Positions 9,490 through 19,149 of a DNA stretch of 64,000 bases are shown one piece after another (the first letter of the stretch is position 1; each line of letters begins with the position of its first letter). Location: positions 3,584,001-3,648,000 of the forward strand of contig OZ242318.1 of the NCBI GenBank assembly GCA_965208105.1. The letters run 5' to 3'. The position numbers were made by a program, and so were the translations under genes. The notes below the pieces were generated by a model. The model was given only the letters and a program-made list of their open reading frames with translations, was not told the DNA's origin and did no database searches. Source of the stretch: Candidatus Latescibacterota bacterium (GTDB lineage: Bacteria > Latescibacterota > UBA2968 > UBA8231).

Positions 9490-10613
9490 ATGGTGGGAAA
9501 AAACAAGGCTGCCGGCCCTCCGTCCGCGCCGCCTGCGAACCTCGTCCGGGAGGATGTCCTCCTCGCCCCTCACACCACCCTGGGCGTGGAGGACGGGCCC
9601 GCTATTTCGCCGAGTGCGGCAGCACCGCGGAGGTCCGGGACTGCCTGGCCTGGGCCCGGGAACGGAAGCTGCAGGTGCAGGTAATGGGCGGAGGCAGCAA
9701 CATCCTCTTCGCCGACGAGGGATTCGACGGCCTCGTTCTGAAGGTGGCCCTGAGGGGGGTCGCCTATGCGGATCAGGGAGAGTGGATCCTGATGAGGTCC
9801 GGGGCGGGCGAGGACTGGGACCGCCTGGTGCGGGACTGCATCCGCCGCGGTCTGGGGGGAATCGAATGTCTTTCCGGCATTCCCGGCCTGGTAGGCGCGA
9901 CCCCGGTGCAGAACGTGGGCGCCTATGGCCAGGAGGTGAAGGAAACGGTGGTCAGGGTGGAGGCCATCGAGCGGGAGACTCTTGCGGAAGTGGCCTTCAC
10001 CAATGCGGAGTGCGGCTTCAGCTACCGGCAGAGCCGCTTCAAGAGCGAGGACCGGGACCGCCATATCATCACCATGGTCTCCTTCCGCCTTCGCGCCCGC
10101 GCCCGCGCCTGCTTGCGCTATCCCGAGCTGCAACGGCACGTCGAGGAAAGCGCGGATCTGGAGCACCTGGAGAGCGGGGCGCCGGTGCTCGGCGCCGTCC
10201 GCCGGGCGGTCCTCGAGCTGCGCCGGGGCAAGTCCATGGTGCTGGACCCGGCAGACCCGAACGCCCGCTCCGCCGGTTCATTCTTCCTCAATCCGGTCCT
10301 GAGCCGGGAAGAGTTCGGGCAATTCAAGAAACGCTGCATCGCCGCCGGCTGCGGCGGCGAAGTGCCCGTGTTCGAGACCTCCGAAGGCCTCAAGGTGGCG
10401 GCTGCCTGGCTGGTGGAGCGGGCGGGCTTCCACAAGAGCTATCGCCGCGGCGGGGTGGGAATCTCCTCCAACCACGCCCTGGCCCTGGTCAACAGGGGCG
10501 GGGGAAGCTGCCGCGAGCTGGTCGAACTTTCCGACGATATCCAGCGCCAGGTCTACGAGAAATTCGCCGTCCGCCTCGAGAGAGAGCCGGTGGTGGTCGA
10601 AGCATCCCGGTGA
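9490..10613 (+). CDS. murB: UDP-N-acetylenolpyruvoylglucosamine reductase with a single-base frameshift at ~9586-9590
   Basis: N-terminal LAPHTTLGV (9490 frame) continues as GRARYFAEC...GGGSNIL in the 9675 frame. GIPGLVGATPVQNVGAYG, YRQSRFK, SAGSFFLNP, HALALVN and LEREP are all MurB motifs. Confidence 0.92.
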
Positions 10614-10690
10614 AAGCGATCCCACGCCGGAATCGCCCCCGTCTCCCGCAGGCGGCAAGGGCGCCGGGACAGTGCGTGTTCCGGGCCTGC

Positions 10691-11971
10691 CTACCAGTAC
10701 TTCATCGCATCCTCGAACAGGGCGGACAACTCCTCCTCTCCCGCCTCCCGCGGCGACAGCTTGGTGACCCGGTGCTGGGGCAGAGTTCCCTGCACCAGGG
10801 CGGGAATGTCCTCGGTGCCGTAGCCGATCCCGCCGAGGCCGTTGGGCATGTCCAGGCGCTGCATGAGGGCAATGAGCCGGTCGGCGAGGATGGGACCGGC
10901 GTCGGCGTCGCGGTCACCGGCGATGTCCGCTCCCAGCACGGCCGCGGCTTCGAGGTGGCGCTGGGGGCAGGCGGGGGCGGTGAAGCGGAACACGGCAGGG
11001 GCGTTGAGGATGACGGCGATGCCGTGGGGCACCAGGGGATAGTCCAGCGGGTAGCCCGGCGGCACGAAGCGCGAGACCATGCCGGCCACGGGGTAGGACA
11101 TGCCGTGGGGAAGATGGACCCCGGCGTTGCCGAAGCCCATGCCGGCGAAGGAGGCGGCCAGCAGCATCTGCCCAAGGGCCTCCTCGTCCCCGTCCTCCAC
11201 GGCGCGGGGCAGGAAATCCGCCACCATGGACAGGGCCTCCAGCGACCACAGGTCGCTGATGGGGTTGGAGCCCTGGTAGGACGGCCGCAGGACCGGCCGC
11301 TGCGGCCGCGGGCGGTGGTCGAAGGGCAGGGCGGTATAGGATTCGAGGGCATGGCTGAGCACGTCCAGGCCGGTGGAAGCGGTCACCGCCGCCGGCAGGG
11401 TGCTGACGTTCTCCGGGTCGAGAATGCCCAGGGTGGGCTTGAGGCGGCGGTGGGCGATTCCGGTTTTGGCGTGCATGTCGGCCAGATCGAAGATGGCGAC
11501 GCCGGTGGTCTCGCTTCCGGTCCCGGTGGTGGTGGGCACCGCGATCAGGGGTTTTAGGGGACCTGGAACGGGAAGGCCCTTTCCGATGGGCGCGTTGACG
11601 TAGTCGAGGAAATCCGCCGGGAAGGTGGAGTAGAGGTTAGCGGCCTTGGCCGTGTCCATGGTGGAGCCGCCGCCGACGGCCACGAAGCCGTCGAAGCCGC
11701 CGCTGCGGGCGCAGTCGATGGCCTCCTTGAAGGAGACGTCCGTAGGCTCGACCCGCACCCGGTCGAAGAGGGAGAACGGGACCTTCTCCTCTTCCAGGGC
11801 GGAGAGCACGCGGCTGACGGGTTCCAGTCCGCGCAGCTGCGGGTCGGTCAGCACCATGGCGTTCGTGACCCCAAGGTCCGCCAGGTCCATGCCCACCTCG
11901 CGGGTCGCTCCGCGGCCGAAGCGGATGTTGGAGGTCGCCATCTCGAAGGCGGTGTCGCGCATTGTCTTCAT
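10691..11971 (-). CDS. iron-containing alcohol dehydrogenase, hydroxyacid-oxoacid transhydrogenase (HOT/ADHFE1)-like
   Basis: GGGSTMDTAK, PTTTGTGSETT, DVLSHALESYT, the HOT-type insert RPSYQGSNPISD, GVHLPHGMSYP and PHG. GAGAAAGG RBS before ATG 11971. Confidence 0.9.
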   Translation of the reverse strand: MKTMRDTAFEMATSNIRFGRGATREVGMDLADLGVTNAMVLTDPQLRGLEPVSRVLSALEEEKVPFSLFDRVRVEPTDVSFKEAIDCARSGGFDGFVAVGGGSTMDTAKAANLYSTFPADFLDYVNAPIGKGLPVPGPLKPLIAVPTTTGTGSETTGVAIFDLADMHAKTGIAHRRLKPTLGILDPENVSTLPAAVTASTGLDVLSHALESYTALPFDHRPRPQRPVLRPSYQGSNPISDLWSLEALSMVADFLPRAVEDGDEEALGQMLLAASFAGMGFGNAGVHLPHGMSYPVAGMVSRFVPPGYPLDYPLVPHGIAVILNAPAVFRFTAPACPQRHLEAAAVLGADIAGDRDADAGPILADRLIALMQRLDMPNGLGGIGYGTEDIPALVQGTLPQHRVTKLSPREAGEEELSALFEDAMKYW

Positions 11972-12001
11972 GCCTTTCTCCAATTGGACCGGCTTAAATA
12001 C

Positions 12002-12069
12002 AACATACGGCAATCGGCCTTTGTCAACATCGCCTCCGTCTTGCGCTGCACAATCCGCCTTGCTAAACT
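12002..12069. promoter_or_regulatory. divergent sigma70-like promoters
   Basis: Plus strand: TTGCGC-N17-TAAACT (12041-12069). Minus strand: TTGACA-N14-TATGTT (12027-12002). Confidence 0.4.
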
Positions 12070-12099
12070 TCCCGATATTGTGCGAAAACGGGGAGAGCA

Positions 12100-12873
12100 A
12101 TGAGGCTCGAGGGCAAGGTCATGCTGATCACCGGCGCCGGGAGCGGGATCGGGCGCCAGACCGCCCTGCTCTGCGCCCGCGAGGGCGCGCGCATCGTGGC
12201 CGTGGACGTCGACCCGGAAGGCGGCGAGGAAACCGTGGGCATGATCGCGGCGGAGAACGGGGTAGCTATCTATGCCCGCGCGGACGTCTCGCGGGCGGCG
12301 GACTGCCAGGGCATGATTCAGGCAGCCGAGGACACCTATGGACGTCTCGACGTGCTGTTCAACAACGCCGGCATATCCCATCTCGAGGACGGCGACGCCG
12401 AGTCCACCGAGGAAGGGGTCTGGGACCTGACCATGGGAGTCAACCTCAAGGGGGTTTTCCTTGGCTGCAAGTACGGCATCGCGGCGCTGCGCCGATCCGG
12501 GGGCGGGTCGGTGGTCAATACCGCCTCGTTCGTGGCCCTGATGGGGGCGGCCACGCCCCAGATCGCCTATACCGCCAGCAAGGGCGGAGTCCTCGCCATG
12601 ACCCGCGAGCTGGCCGTGCTCCACGCCCGCGAGAACATTCGCGTCAACGCCCTGTGCCCGGGGCCGCTGCGCACCGAGCTGTTGATGCAGTACCTCGACA
12701 CCGAGGACAAGAGGCGCCGCCGCCTGGTCCACATCCCCATGGGGCGCTTCGGCGAAGCGGCCGAGATCGCCCGCACCGTCCTCTTCCTGGCCTCGGACGA
12801 CTCGTCCTTCGTCACCGGCACCGCCTTCGTGGTGGACGGGGGGATAACCGCGGCCTACGTTACCCCGGAGTAG
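12100..12873 (+). CDS. short-chain dehydrogenase/reductase (NAD-dependent type)
   Basis: TGAGSGIG, an acidic residue after beta2 (VDVD), NNAGI, YTASK, VDGG. Confidence 0.93.
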   Translation: MRLEGKVMLITGAGSGIGRQTALLCAREGARIVAVDVDPEGGEETVGMIAAENGVAIYARADVSRAADCQGMIQAAEDTYGRLDVLFNNAGISHLEDGDAESTEEGVWDLTMGVNLKGVFLGCKYGIAALRRSGGGSVVNTASFVALMGAATPQIAYTASKGGVLAMTRELAVLHARENIRVNALCPGPLRTELLMQYLDTEDKRRRRLVHIPMGRFGEAAEIARTVLFLASDDSSFVTGTAFVVDGGITAAYVTPE

Positions 12874-12880
12874 AGTATTC

Positions 12881-13537
12881 ATGCGCTGCAAAGCCGTGCT
12901 GTTCGACCTCGACGGGACGCTGCTCGATACGCTGGGCGATCTGGCCGATTCCATGAATCAGGTGCTGGCGGACAAGGGCTACCCGCAGCACCGCACCGAG
13001 GACTACAGGTACTTTGTCGGGGACGGAATGGAGATGCTGGTGAGCCGCGCCCTGCCTCCTGAGGCCCGCAAGGGCGATGTCGTGGCGCGGGGACTGGCGG
13101 CGATGGAGGCCGAGTACGGCCGCCGCTGGTCGCGCACGACGCGGCCTTACGACGGGGTCCCGGCCATGCTGGACGAGCTGCAATCGCGGCAGACCCTCAT
13201 GGCCATCCTGTCCAACAAGCCGGAAGACTTCACCCGGCTGACCGTGTCCACCCTGTTGAAGAGCTGGAGCTTCGACGCGGTCTGCGGCGCCCGCCCCGGG
13301 GTGCCCCGAAAGCCGGACCCGGCGGCGGCCTTGGAGATCGCCGCCCGCCTGCAGGTCCGTCCTCCCGAGTGCCTGTACCTGGGGGATACCGCCACCGACA
13401 TGAAGACGGCACGCCGCGCGGGGATGTACGCGGTCGGGGCGCTGTGGGGGTTCCGCGAGGCCGCCGAGCTCGAGGCCGGAGGAGCGCAGGTCCTGGTGCG
13501 GGAACCGGCGGATTTCCTGGAGATCTGCGCCGATTGA
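12881..13537 (+). CDS. HAD-family phosphatase (phosphoglycolate phosphatase-like)
   Basis: FDLDGTLLDT, LSNK, KPDP, GDTATDM. Confidence 0.9.
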   Translation: MRCKAVLFDLDGTLLDTLGDLADSMNQVLADKGYPQHRTEDYRYFVGDGMEMLVSRALPPEARKGDVVARGLAAMEAEYGRRWSRTTRPYDGVPAMLDELQSRQTLMAILSNKPEDFTRLTVSTLLKSWSFDAVCGARPGVPRKPDPAAALEIAARLQVRPPECLYLGDTATDMKTARRAGMYAVGALWGFREAAELEAGGAQVLVREPADFLEICAD

Positions 13538-13618
13538 CCGGTGGGACAGGCCGGCGAAGGCGGCCCCCGAAGCGGTGGACGGGGAATGGATGCTTCACCC
13601 AAAGAAAGGACGCGCGCC

Positions 13619-14929
13619 GTGAAGGAATTCTTTCCAGGCATCGAAAAGATACGCTACGAAGGACCTGATTGCGGCAATTTGCTGGCTTTCAAGCACTACG
13701 ACGAGAACGAGAAAGTCGGCAGAAAGACCATGAAAGAGCACCTGCGCTTCTCGGTGGTCTTCTGGCACACCTTCAAGGGCACGGGGAGCGATCCGTTCGG
13801 CGGTCCGGTCTACGACCGGCCCTGGGACTCGTCCGCAGACCCCATGCAGCGGGCCGAGGATACCATGCGCGCCGCGTTCGAGTTCTTCACCAAGCTGGGG
13901 GCGCCGTTCTACTGCTGGCACGACCGCGACATCGCTCCCGAGGCGGACAGTCTCAAGGAGACCAACGCGCGCCTGGACACCGTGGTCAAACTGGCCAGGA
14001 AGCTGCAGCGCGACACCGGGGTCAGGCTGCTCTGGGGCACCTCGAACTGCTTTTCCCATCCGCGCTTCACCCATGGCGCCGGCACCAATCCCGACGCTCA
14101 CGTCTTCGCCTACGCCGCCTCTCAGATCAAGAAGGCCATGGAGTGCACCAAGGAGCTGGGAGGAACCAACTACGTGTTCTGGGGCGGGCGCGAGGGCTAC
14201 TCCAACCTGCTGAACACGAACCTGGGGCACGAGCAGGAGCAGATGGCCCGCCTCCTGGAAATGGCGGTGGAGCACAAGAGGAACATCGGCTTCAGGGGCA
14301 CCCTGCTGCTCGAGCCCAAGCCCAAGGAGCCCACCAAGCACCAGTACGACTACGATGCCGCCACCGTCCTCGGCTTCCTGCGCAAGTTCGGCCTGCTCGA
14401 CGAGTTCAAGCTCAACATCGAGGCCAATCACGCCACTCTGGCGGGCCACTCCTTCGAGCACGACCTGACGGTGGCCGCCGCCGACGGCAAGCTGGGCAGC
14501 ATCGACGCCAACCGCGGCGATTATCTGCTGGGCTGGGACACCGACAATTTCCCGGCCGATCTCTACAGCGCAGCCTTTGCCATGATGGTGATCCTCAAGC
14601 AGGGAGGGCTGGGAAGCGGCGGCATCAACTTCGACGCCAAGGTGCGGCGCGGCTCCTTCGATCTGGAGGACCTGTTCCACGCCCACGTCGGGGGCATGGA
14701 CAGCTTCGCCCGCGGTCTGAAGATCGCCCACCGGATGCGGGAGGACGGCGTTCTCGCCGGCCTTCTGGCGGCGCGCTACCAGTCCTACAGGCGCGGCATC
14801 GGCCGCAGGATCATGCGCGGGGAGACCGACTTTGCCGAGCTGGAGGAATACGTCCTGAAGCACGGCGAGCCGGAGAAGCGCAGTGGACGGGAGGAAATGC
14901 TTGAGAACATCGTCAACAGCTACCTTTAG
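13619..14929 (+). CDS. xylA: xylose isomerase (class II)
   Basis: FWHTF, WHDRDIAPE, WGGREGY, EPKPKEPTKHQYD, NIEANHA, SIDANRGD, WDTD. GTG start at 13619 with AAAGGA RBS. Confidence 0.96.
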   Translation: MKEFFPGIEKIRYEGPDCGNLLAFKHYDENEKVGRKTMKEHLRFSVVFWHTFKGTGSDPFGGPVYDRPWDSSADPMQRAEDTMRAAFEFFTKLGAPFYCWHDRDIAPEADSLKETNARLDTVVKLARKLQRDTGVRLLWGTSNCFSHPRFTHGAGTNPDAHVFAYAASQIKKAMECTKELGGTNYVFWGGREGYSNLLNTNLGHEQEQMARLLEMAVEHKRNIGFRGTLLLEPKPKEPTKHQYDYDAATVLGFLRKFGLLDEFKLNIEANHATLAGHSFEHDLTVAAADGKLGSIDANRGDYLLGWDTDNFPADLYSAAFAMMVILKQGGLGSGGINFDAKVRRGSFDLEDLFHAHVGGMDSFARGLKIAHRMREDGVLAGLLAARYQSYRRGIGRRIMRGETDFAELEEYVLKHGEPEKRSGREEMLENIVNSYL

Positions 14930-14932
14930 CGG

Positions 14933-16288
14933 ATGAAAATGAACAGGAAAAGAAAAAATGAATCCGGCAGCTCGCAGGAGTCAGGGCTGCCGGTACGGAT
15001 CCTCAAGACCGCAATAGCCATCGCCGTGGTCGCCGCAATCGCTCTGCTGGGCTACAAGCAGTGGGCCCGCAACAAAGCCGAGGAGCACTACGAGCAGGGG
15101 CTCCAATATTCCGCGCAGGGGCGCACCGCCCTGGCCGCCATGGCCTTTCACCGCGCCGTCGGCCAGGACCCGGGGTTCGCCGAGGCGCACCACCAGCTGG
15201 GTCTGATCTACGCGGGACAAAGGCGCTTTGCGGAGGCCGACTCCATTCTGCAGAGAGCCGTTGAGCTGGATCCGGGCCAAGCCGAGTTTCACCTTGCCCT
15301 GGGAAATCTCTACCAGGCCATAGAGGATCTGGACGCGGCTTCGCAGGCGTATGCACGCGGCCTCGAGCTGGACCCGGACGACGCCGCCATGCACAACGAG
15401 CTCGGCCTCGTCCAGGCGATGCAGGGCAAGCTCGAGCAGGCGGAGGAGACCTTTCGGCGGGCCCTGGAGCTGCGCCCCGACTTCGCCCGGGCACACTACA
15501 ACCTGGGCAGGGCCCTGGAGGCGATGGCGAAGAGCACGGAGGCCATCGCCGCCTACCAGCGGGCGGCGGAGATAGATCCGGACATGCTTCAGGCGCACCA
15601 GAGCCTGGGGTCCATTCACGCCTCCCAGGGCCGCAACCAGGAGGCGCTGGCCGCCTATGGAAAGGTGCTCGAGCACCGGCAGGACGACACCTACATCCTC
15701 GTCCAGATGGGGGATTTATACGCTCGGGAGGATCGCCTCGACGAGGCGGTGGAGGCCTACAACAAGGCGCTGGCCATCAATCCGGACCATGCCGGAGCGC
15801 GCTACGGCCTGGGCAGCACTCTCCTGCGCCAGGGAAAGGAGGAGGAGGGACGCGAGGAGATGCGCACCTTCGAGAAACTGCGGGCGCTCGAGAGCGAACT
15901 GAGGGCGACCCAGCAGGCCTTTCAATCCAACCGGGAGAATCCCTCGGCGCACTACGAGAGGGGGTTGACTTACCTGCGCCACGACAGGCCCCGGGAAGCG
16001 CTGCGCTCCTTCGAGGTTGCACTGCGTCTCGACCCCGAGTTCGCCGAGGCCTACTACGGCATGGGGCTGGCCTATGTTGCCCTCGGCCTCTACCCCGAGG
16101 CCGAGCATACCCTCCAGAAGAGCATCGAGCTGCGGCCGGATCACGGGCCGTCATATATGGCCTTAGGGAACATGTACCGGGACAGGGGAAGGATTCAGGA
16201 GGCGATCATGCTCTACAAGGAGGCGAGCAGGTTGGACGTGGGCAGCGTGAACATCGCCAAGGGAACGATGAAGCTGAAGAGGGAGTGA
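14933..16288 (+). CDS. membrane-anchored tetratricopeptide-repeat protein
   Basis: One N-terminal hydrophobic helix followed by about 10 TPR units (e.g. AHYNLGRAL...EAIAAYQRAAEIDP). Confidence 0.9.
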   Translation: MKMNRKRKNESGSSQESGLPVRILKTAIAIAVVAAIALLGYKQWARNKAEEHYEQGLQYSAQGRTALAAMAFHRAVGQDPGFAEAHHQLGLIYAGQRRFAEADSILQRAVELDPGQAEFHLALGNLYQAIEDLDAASQAYARGLELDPDDAAMHNELGLVQAMQGKLEQAEETFRRALELRPDFARAHYNLGRALEAMAKSTEAIAAYQRAAEIDPDMLQAHQSLGSIHASQGRNQEALAAYGKVLEHRQDDTYILVQMGDLYAREDRLDEAVEAYNKALAINPDHAGARYGLGSTLLRQGKEEEGREEMRTFEKLRALESELRATQQAFQSNRENPSAHYERGLTYLRHDRPREALRSFEVALRLDPEFAEAYYGMGLAYVALGLYPEAEHTLQKSIELRPDHGPSYMALGNMYRDRGRIQEAIMLYKEASRLDVGSVNIAKGTMKLKRE

Positions 16289-16387
16289 GAGTGACGTTGT
16301 CTCTATTTTTTAGGGGAAAGGGCTCGGTATTATGCATGTTTTGGTCGATCTATTTATCGCCACCTTTTGCGATAGGCCCCCAGGAGC

Positions 16388-16702
16388 TTGACCGCCCTAA
16401 GGCATGTTCGACCCGAGGACGGGCTGATACTCACCAGGGCCTGTGATCTATTTCAACTGAAAACGGAACTTGCCCCCAAGGCGAACTGGAGAGAGATAAT
16501 CTACCGTACGGGTCTGGGCGGCTCACCAGTAGAAACCCTCGTTACCGCCACTGGCACAGACCGTTCCTTTGGCGCGGAGGTCTCCAGCACCATCAGTGTT
16601 TGGGCTGAAACTGAGGAAGGGGCTCGGGAAGATCTCTGGAAGGAGGTCTACCCCATATACAAAGAACATGGACGGGTATGGAAGGTATTTTGTGACGATT
16701 AG
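16388..16702 (+). CDS. hypothetical protein, start uncertain
   Basis: 104-aa ORF at the point where GC drops; no motif recognised. Confidence 0.3.
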   Translation: MTALRHVRPEDGLILTRACDLFQLKTELAPKANWREIIYRTGLGGSPVETLVTATGTDRSFGAEVSSTISVWAETEEGAREDLWKEVYPIYKEHGRVWKVFCDD

Positions 16703-16859
16703 GACGAGTAATCCATCAATAGCCATCGGCACCTCTTTGTCCTGGAGTAGTAGGGGCTGAGGCGTCTTGATGCCCAGAATATTCAGAACTCGACAAGGTT
16801 GAAGGTATCGCCCGAGACGCTTTGGGTTAGATTCACACAAATGATGGAAGGAAGGAGAC

Positions 16860-17942
16860 ATGCAAAAATTAATCTTGGTCATACTCTTTGCAGCTACGGT
16901 AGCAACTGCCCCACTTTTCGCTCAAAAAATGGAGGATGTCGTTCGCTTGAGAGATGGCAGCGTCGTTGGGGCTGAAAATAACAACCCCGCCCAAGAGGCC
17001 GAATCCGGAGGGGATGCTTACCAAACCGCGGATCCCCAATTATCCCCGGCTACCTGCTTGATTGGAAATCATTTAGGTTTCCAAAAGGCCGACGCTCAGA
17101 CCGCCGCCCTCCTTTTATGCGGCGAGTTGAGAAAGCAGGGCATAACGGTGGGCCAACCCGTTTTCCACGCGCCGGACTCGGGGAGTATTTATCGTGTGGG
17201 CTTACATCCCCTGGGTCAAAAGGTTCTGGTGCGTCTGAGCCATGAAAACCCCATGGGAACGATTCTTATTGAGCGTCAGATTCAGTTGGGAAGCATCGAA
17301 GAAATGGTCTCGGCCGCGCCGCGGCTGGTCGATGCCCTCGTCCACCGGAAGTCCCTCGCTTCCACGGTGGACATGGAAAGCGTTGTCGAACAGGAAGCTC
17401 GCATACACCGGAAGATACCCGGTGAGTCCTTTTGGGACATTGGGCTCCTGGGAACCTTCGCCCTCATCACCGATGCGGACATGATTGCCAAACCCGGCTA
17501 CAGAATAGGTTGGTATCACGAGACGCCATCCTATTCCGTCGGCACCGAGTTCTGGGGTGCCGGAGGCGAGGATAACGAGGGCGACAGCTTTCACTTTATT
17601 TCCTGGGGAATCGGCGGTCGTTACTTCTTCAACAAGGAGAATTTCTCGCCGTATGTGGGCGGTGGATTCTCCCATATCTGGGCAGGATATGAACAATCGG
17701 GATCTAGGTGGGATTCGAGGCGGGAAAGGTGGGACTATGACTGGGAGTCGGAAGAGGGCAATGGCCTTGGAGGCTATGCAATGGGAGGAATTGAGGCACT
17801 GCGTCTCACCAGCGTCCGCCTCAGGGTCGAATTGCGAGTGGATCGTCCCTTTTTTCAGTTGCCGGACCGGGATGTAATGCCGGTAACATTTGGTGTATCC
17901 TTTTCATTTCGCGGAGGCGGGGTCGGGGGAATGTGGTTTTAG
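16860..17942 (+). CDS. secreted protein with probable C-terminal outer-membrane beta-barrel
   Basis: Signal peptide (MQKLILVILFAATVATAPLFA) and GGAG RBS. Alternating beta-strands (GIGGRYFF, FSPYVGGG, LRVELRV, VTFGVSFSF). Confidence 0.7.
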   Translation: MQKLILVILFAATVATAPLFAQKMEDVVRLRDGSVVGAENNNPAQEAESGGDAYQTADPQLSPATCLIGNHLGFQKADAQTAALLLCGELRKQGITVGQPVFHAPDSGSIYRVGLHPLGQKVLVRLSHENPMGTILIERQIQLGSIEEMVSAAPRLVDALVHRKSLASTVDMESVVEQEARIHRKIPGESFWDIGLLGTFALITDADMIAKPGYRIGWYHETPSYSVGTEFWGAGGEDNEGDSFHFISWGIGGRYFFNKENFSPYVGGGFSHIWAGYEQSGSRWDSRRERWDYDWESEEGNGLGGYAMGGIEALRLTSVRLRVELRVDRPFFQLPDRDVMPVTFGVSFSFRGGGVGGMWF

Positions 17943-17972
17943 GGTTGTTTGGTTTTCTCTTAGTTCAGGCAT

Positions 17973-18557
17973 ATGACATTGGTTTTACCATTCGCAATCA
18001 CCCCATTCCTGGTCTGCTTTGTTCTGGCCTGGTCAAAAGTGGGGGAGGCGCAAACCAGTGGTCCGGCATCCCTGGCCTATGACCGGACGTTGCTGCAGGA
18101 GGCGACGCGTTTCGGGCCCCTGAGGTTGGCTTTTCCCAAAGCATGCATCGCCTTGACCGACAGTCTGCGGCAGGTGACGGAGGATCGGGCCAATCAGGCC
18201 AGGCGGCACGGATTTCAATACGAAATCGAACACTTCTGCGGCTTTGCGGAAGGGCACGCGCTCGTTTTCAGTCGTATCGTCGATCAGGAGCCTTCCGACG
18301 ACTTTGCTTACCTGGCCGGGTACGAACCAGTCAAACGCCTGTCGAAAGAGGACATTCTGGAGGTGCGATCCATGTATTCTGGAGCGGTAGCCCTGCGGGA
18401 GTACTCTTTTGAGCGCTCGGGCTTTATGGTCAGGCAGGTCTTCGTCCAGACCCCCGAGGCAGTGTACCAGTTGGACGTTCTCATCAGGGAAGCGTGGACC
18501 GAGGTCATGGAAAAAACCTACGAGTCCGTGCTTTCTTCCATTCACATTATTCTCTGA
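17973..18557 (+). CDS. hypothetical secreted protein
   Basis: Hydrophobic N-terminus with an A-x-A-like cleavage site; co-directional with neighbours, short gaps. Confidence 0.6.
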   Translation: MTLVLPFAITPFLVCFVLAWSKVGEAQTSGPASLAYDRTLLQEATRFGPLRLAFPKACIALTDSLRQVTEDRANQARRHGFQYEIEHFCGFAEGHALVFSRIVDQEPSDDFAYLAGYEPVKRLSKEDILEVRSMYSGAVALREYSFERSGFMVRQVFVQTPEAVYQLDVLIREAWTEVMEKTYESVLSSIHIIL

Positions 18558-18568
18558 GGAGGGATCCC

Positions 18569-18853
18569 ATGCAGAAGAAAGTGATCGCCCTTTTGCTGCT
18601 GGCCGTCTTCGTCCTGCCCGGCTGCGCCGCCCACGTTCACGTGGTAGGCGAAGGGGCACAAGGGACGGAAACAGTGGCCTCACGGCAGTTCTACATCATC
18701 TCCCTGGCACCGCTGAACGAGGTGGATACACGCGCCATGGCCGGGGGTGCCGAGGACTACACGATAAAGACAGCAGCAGGTTTCGTTGACATCCTAATCA
18801 CGACTGTCACTTCGGGCATCATCACGTCGCGCAAGGTAGTCGTAGTCAAATAG
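18569..18853 (+). CDS. Bor/Iss-like small outer-membrane lipoprotein
   Basis: GAGGAGG RBS and lipobox VLPG-C. About 94 aa with a Bor-like pattern (QFYIISLAP...VDT...FVDILITTVTSGIITSRKV). Confidence 0.75.
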   Translation: MQKKVIALLLLAVFVLPGCAAHVHVVGEGAQGTETVASRQFYIISLAPLNEVDTRAMAGGAEDYTIKTAAGFVDILITTVTSGIITSRKVVVVK

Positions 18854-18864
18854 ACGCCCTGAGA

Positions 18865-18909
18865 AACCCCGTCTGGCTGCCCAGGTTGCTCTTGGTAGCC
18901 AGATGGGTT
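18865..18909 (+). terminator. long hairpin directly after the lipoprotein gene
   Basis: CCCGTCTGGCTGCC pairs with GGTAGCCAGATGGG. Both mismatches are G-U wobbles on the + strand transcript. Confidence 0.5.
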
Positions 18910-19149
18910 GCGAAGACAAGATCTGACTGAAACTGCCTGATCCCGCTACCTCGGGAAATTGGCAACGAGAAGGAAATGGGGTTCGCAAAGGGTGGGTAAT
19001 CTTGCTGGCGGGTACCCCAATGACACAACCAATGATCTGCCGTTCCCTCGGGGCTCAGAAGATCGGCAGTCATGCCCGTGTGACCATGGTCGAAAGGGGG
19101 AGTTATCAGTCAAGTCCCCCAGGAACCTGTCAGACTGGGTGAAGGGAGC

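Noticed and set aside
16332-16702. Possible frameshifted gene joining ATG 16332 to the 16388 ORF across a C5 run
   Set aside because: There is no recognisable family to test the join against, so it cannot be supported.
19090-19140. GTCAAGTCCCCC resembling an IS200/IS605 end or omega-RNA start
   Set aside because: The match is too short, and there is no tnpA, tnpB or iscB nearby.
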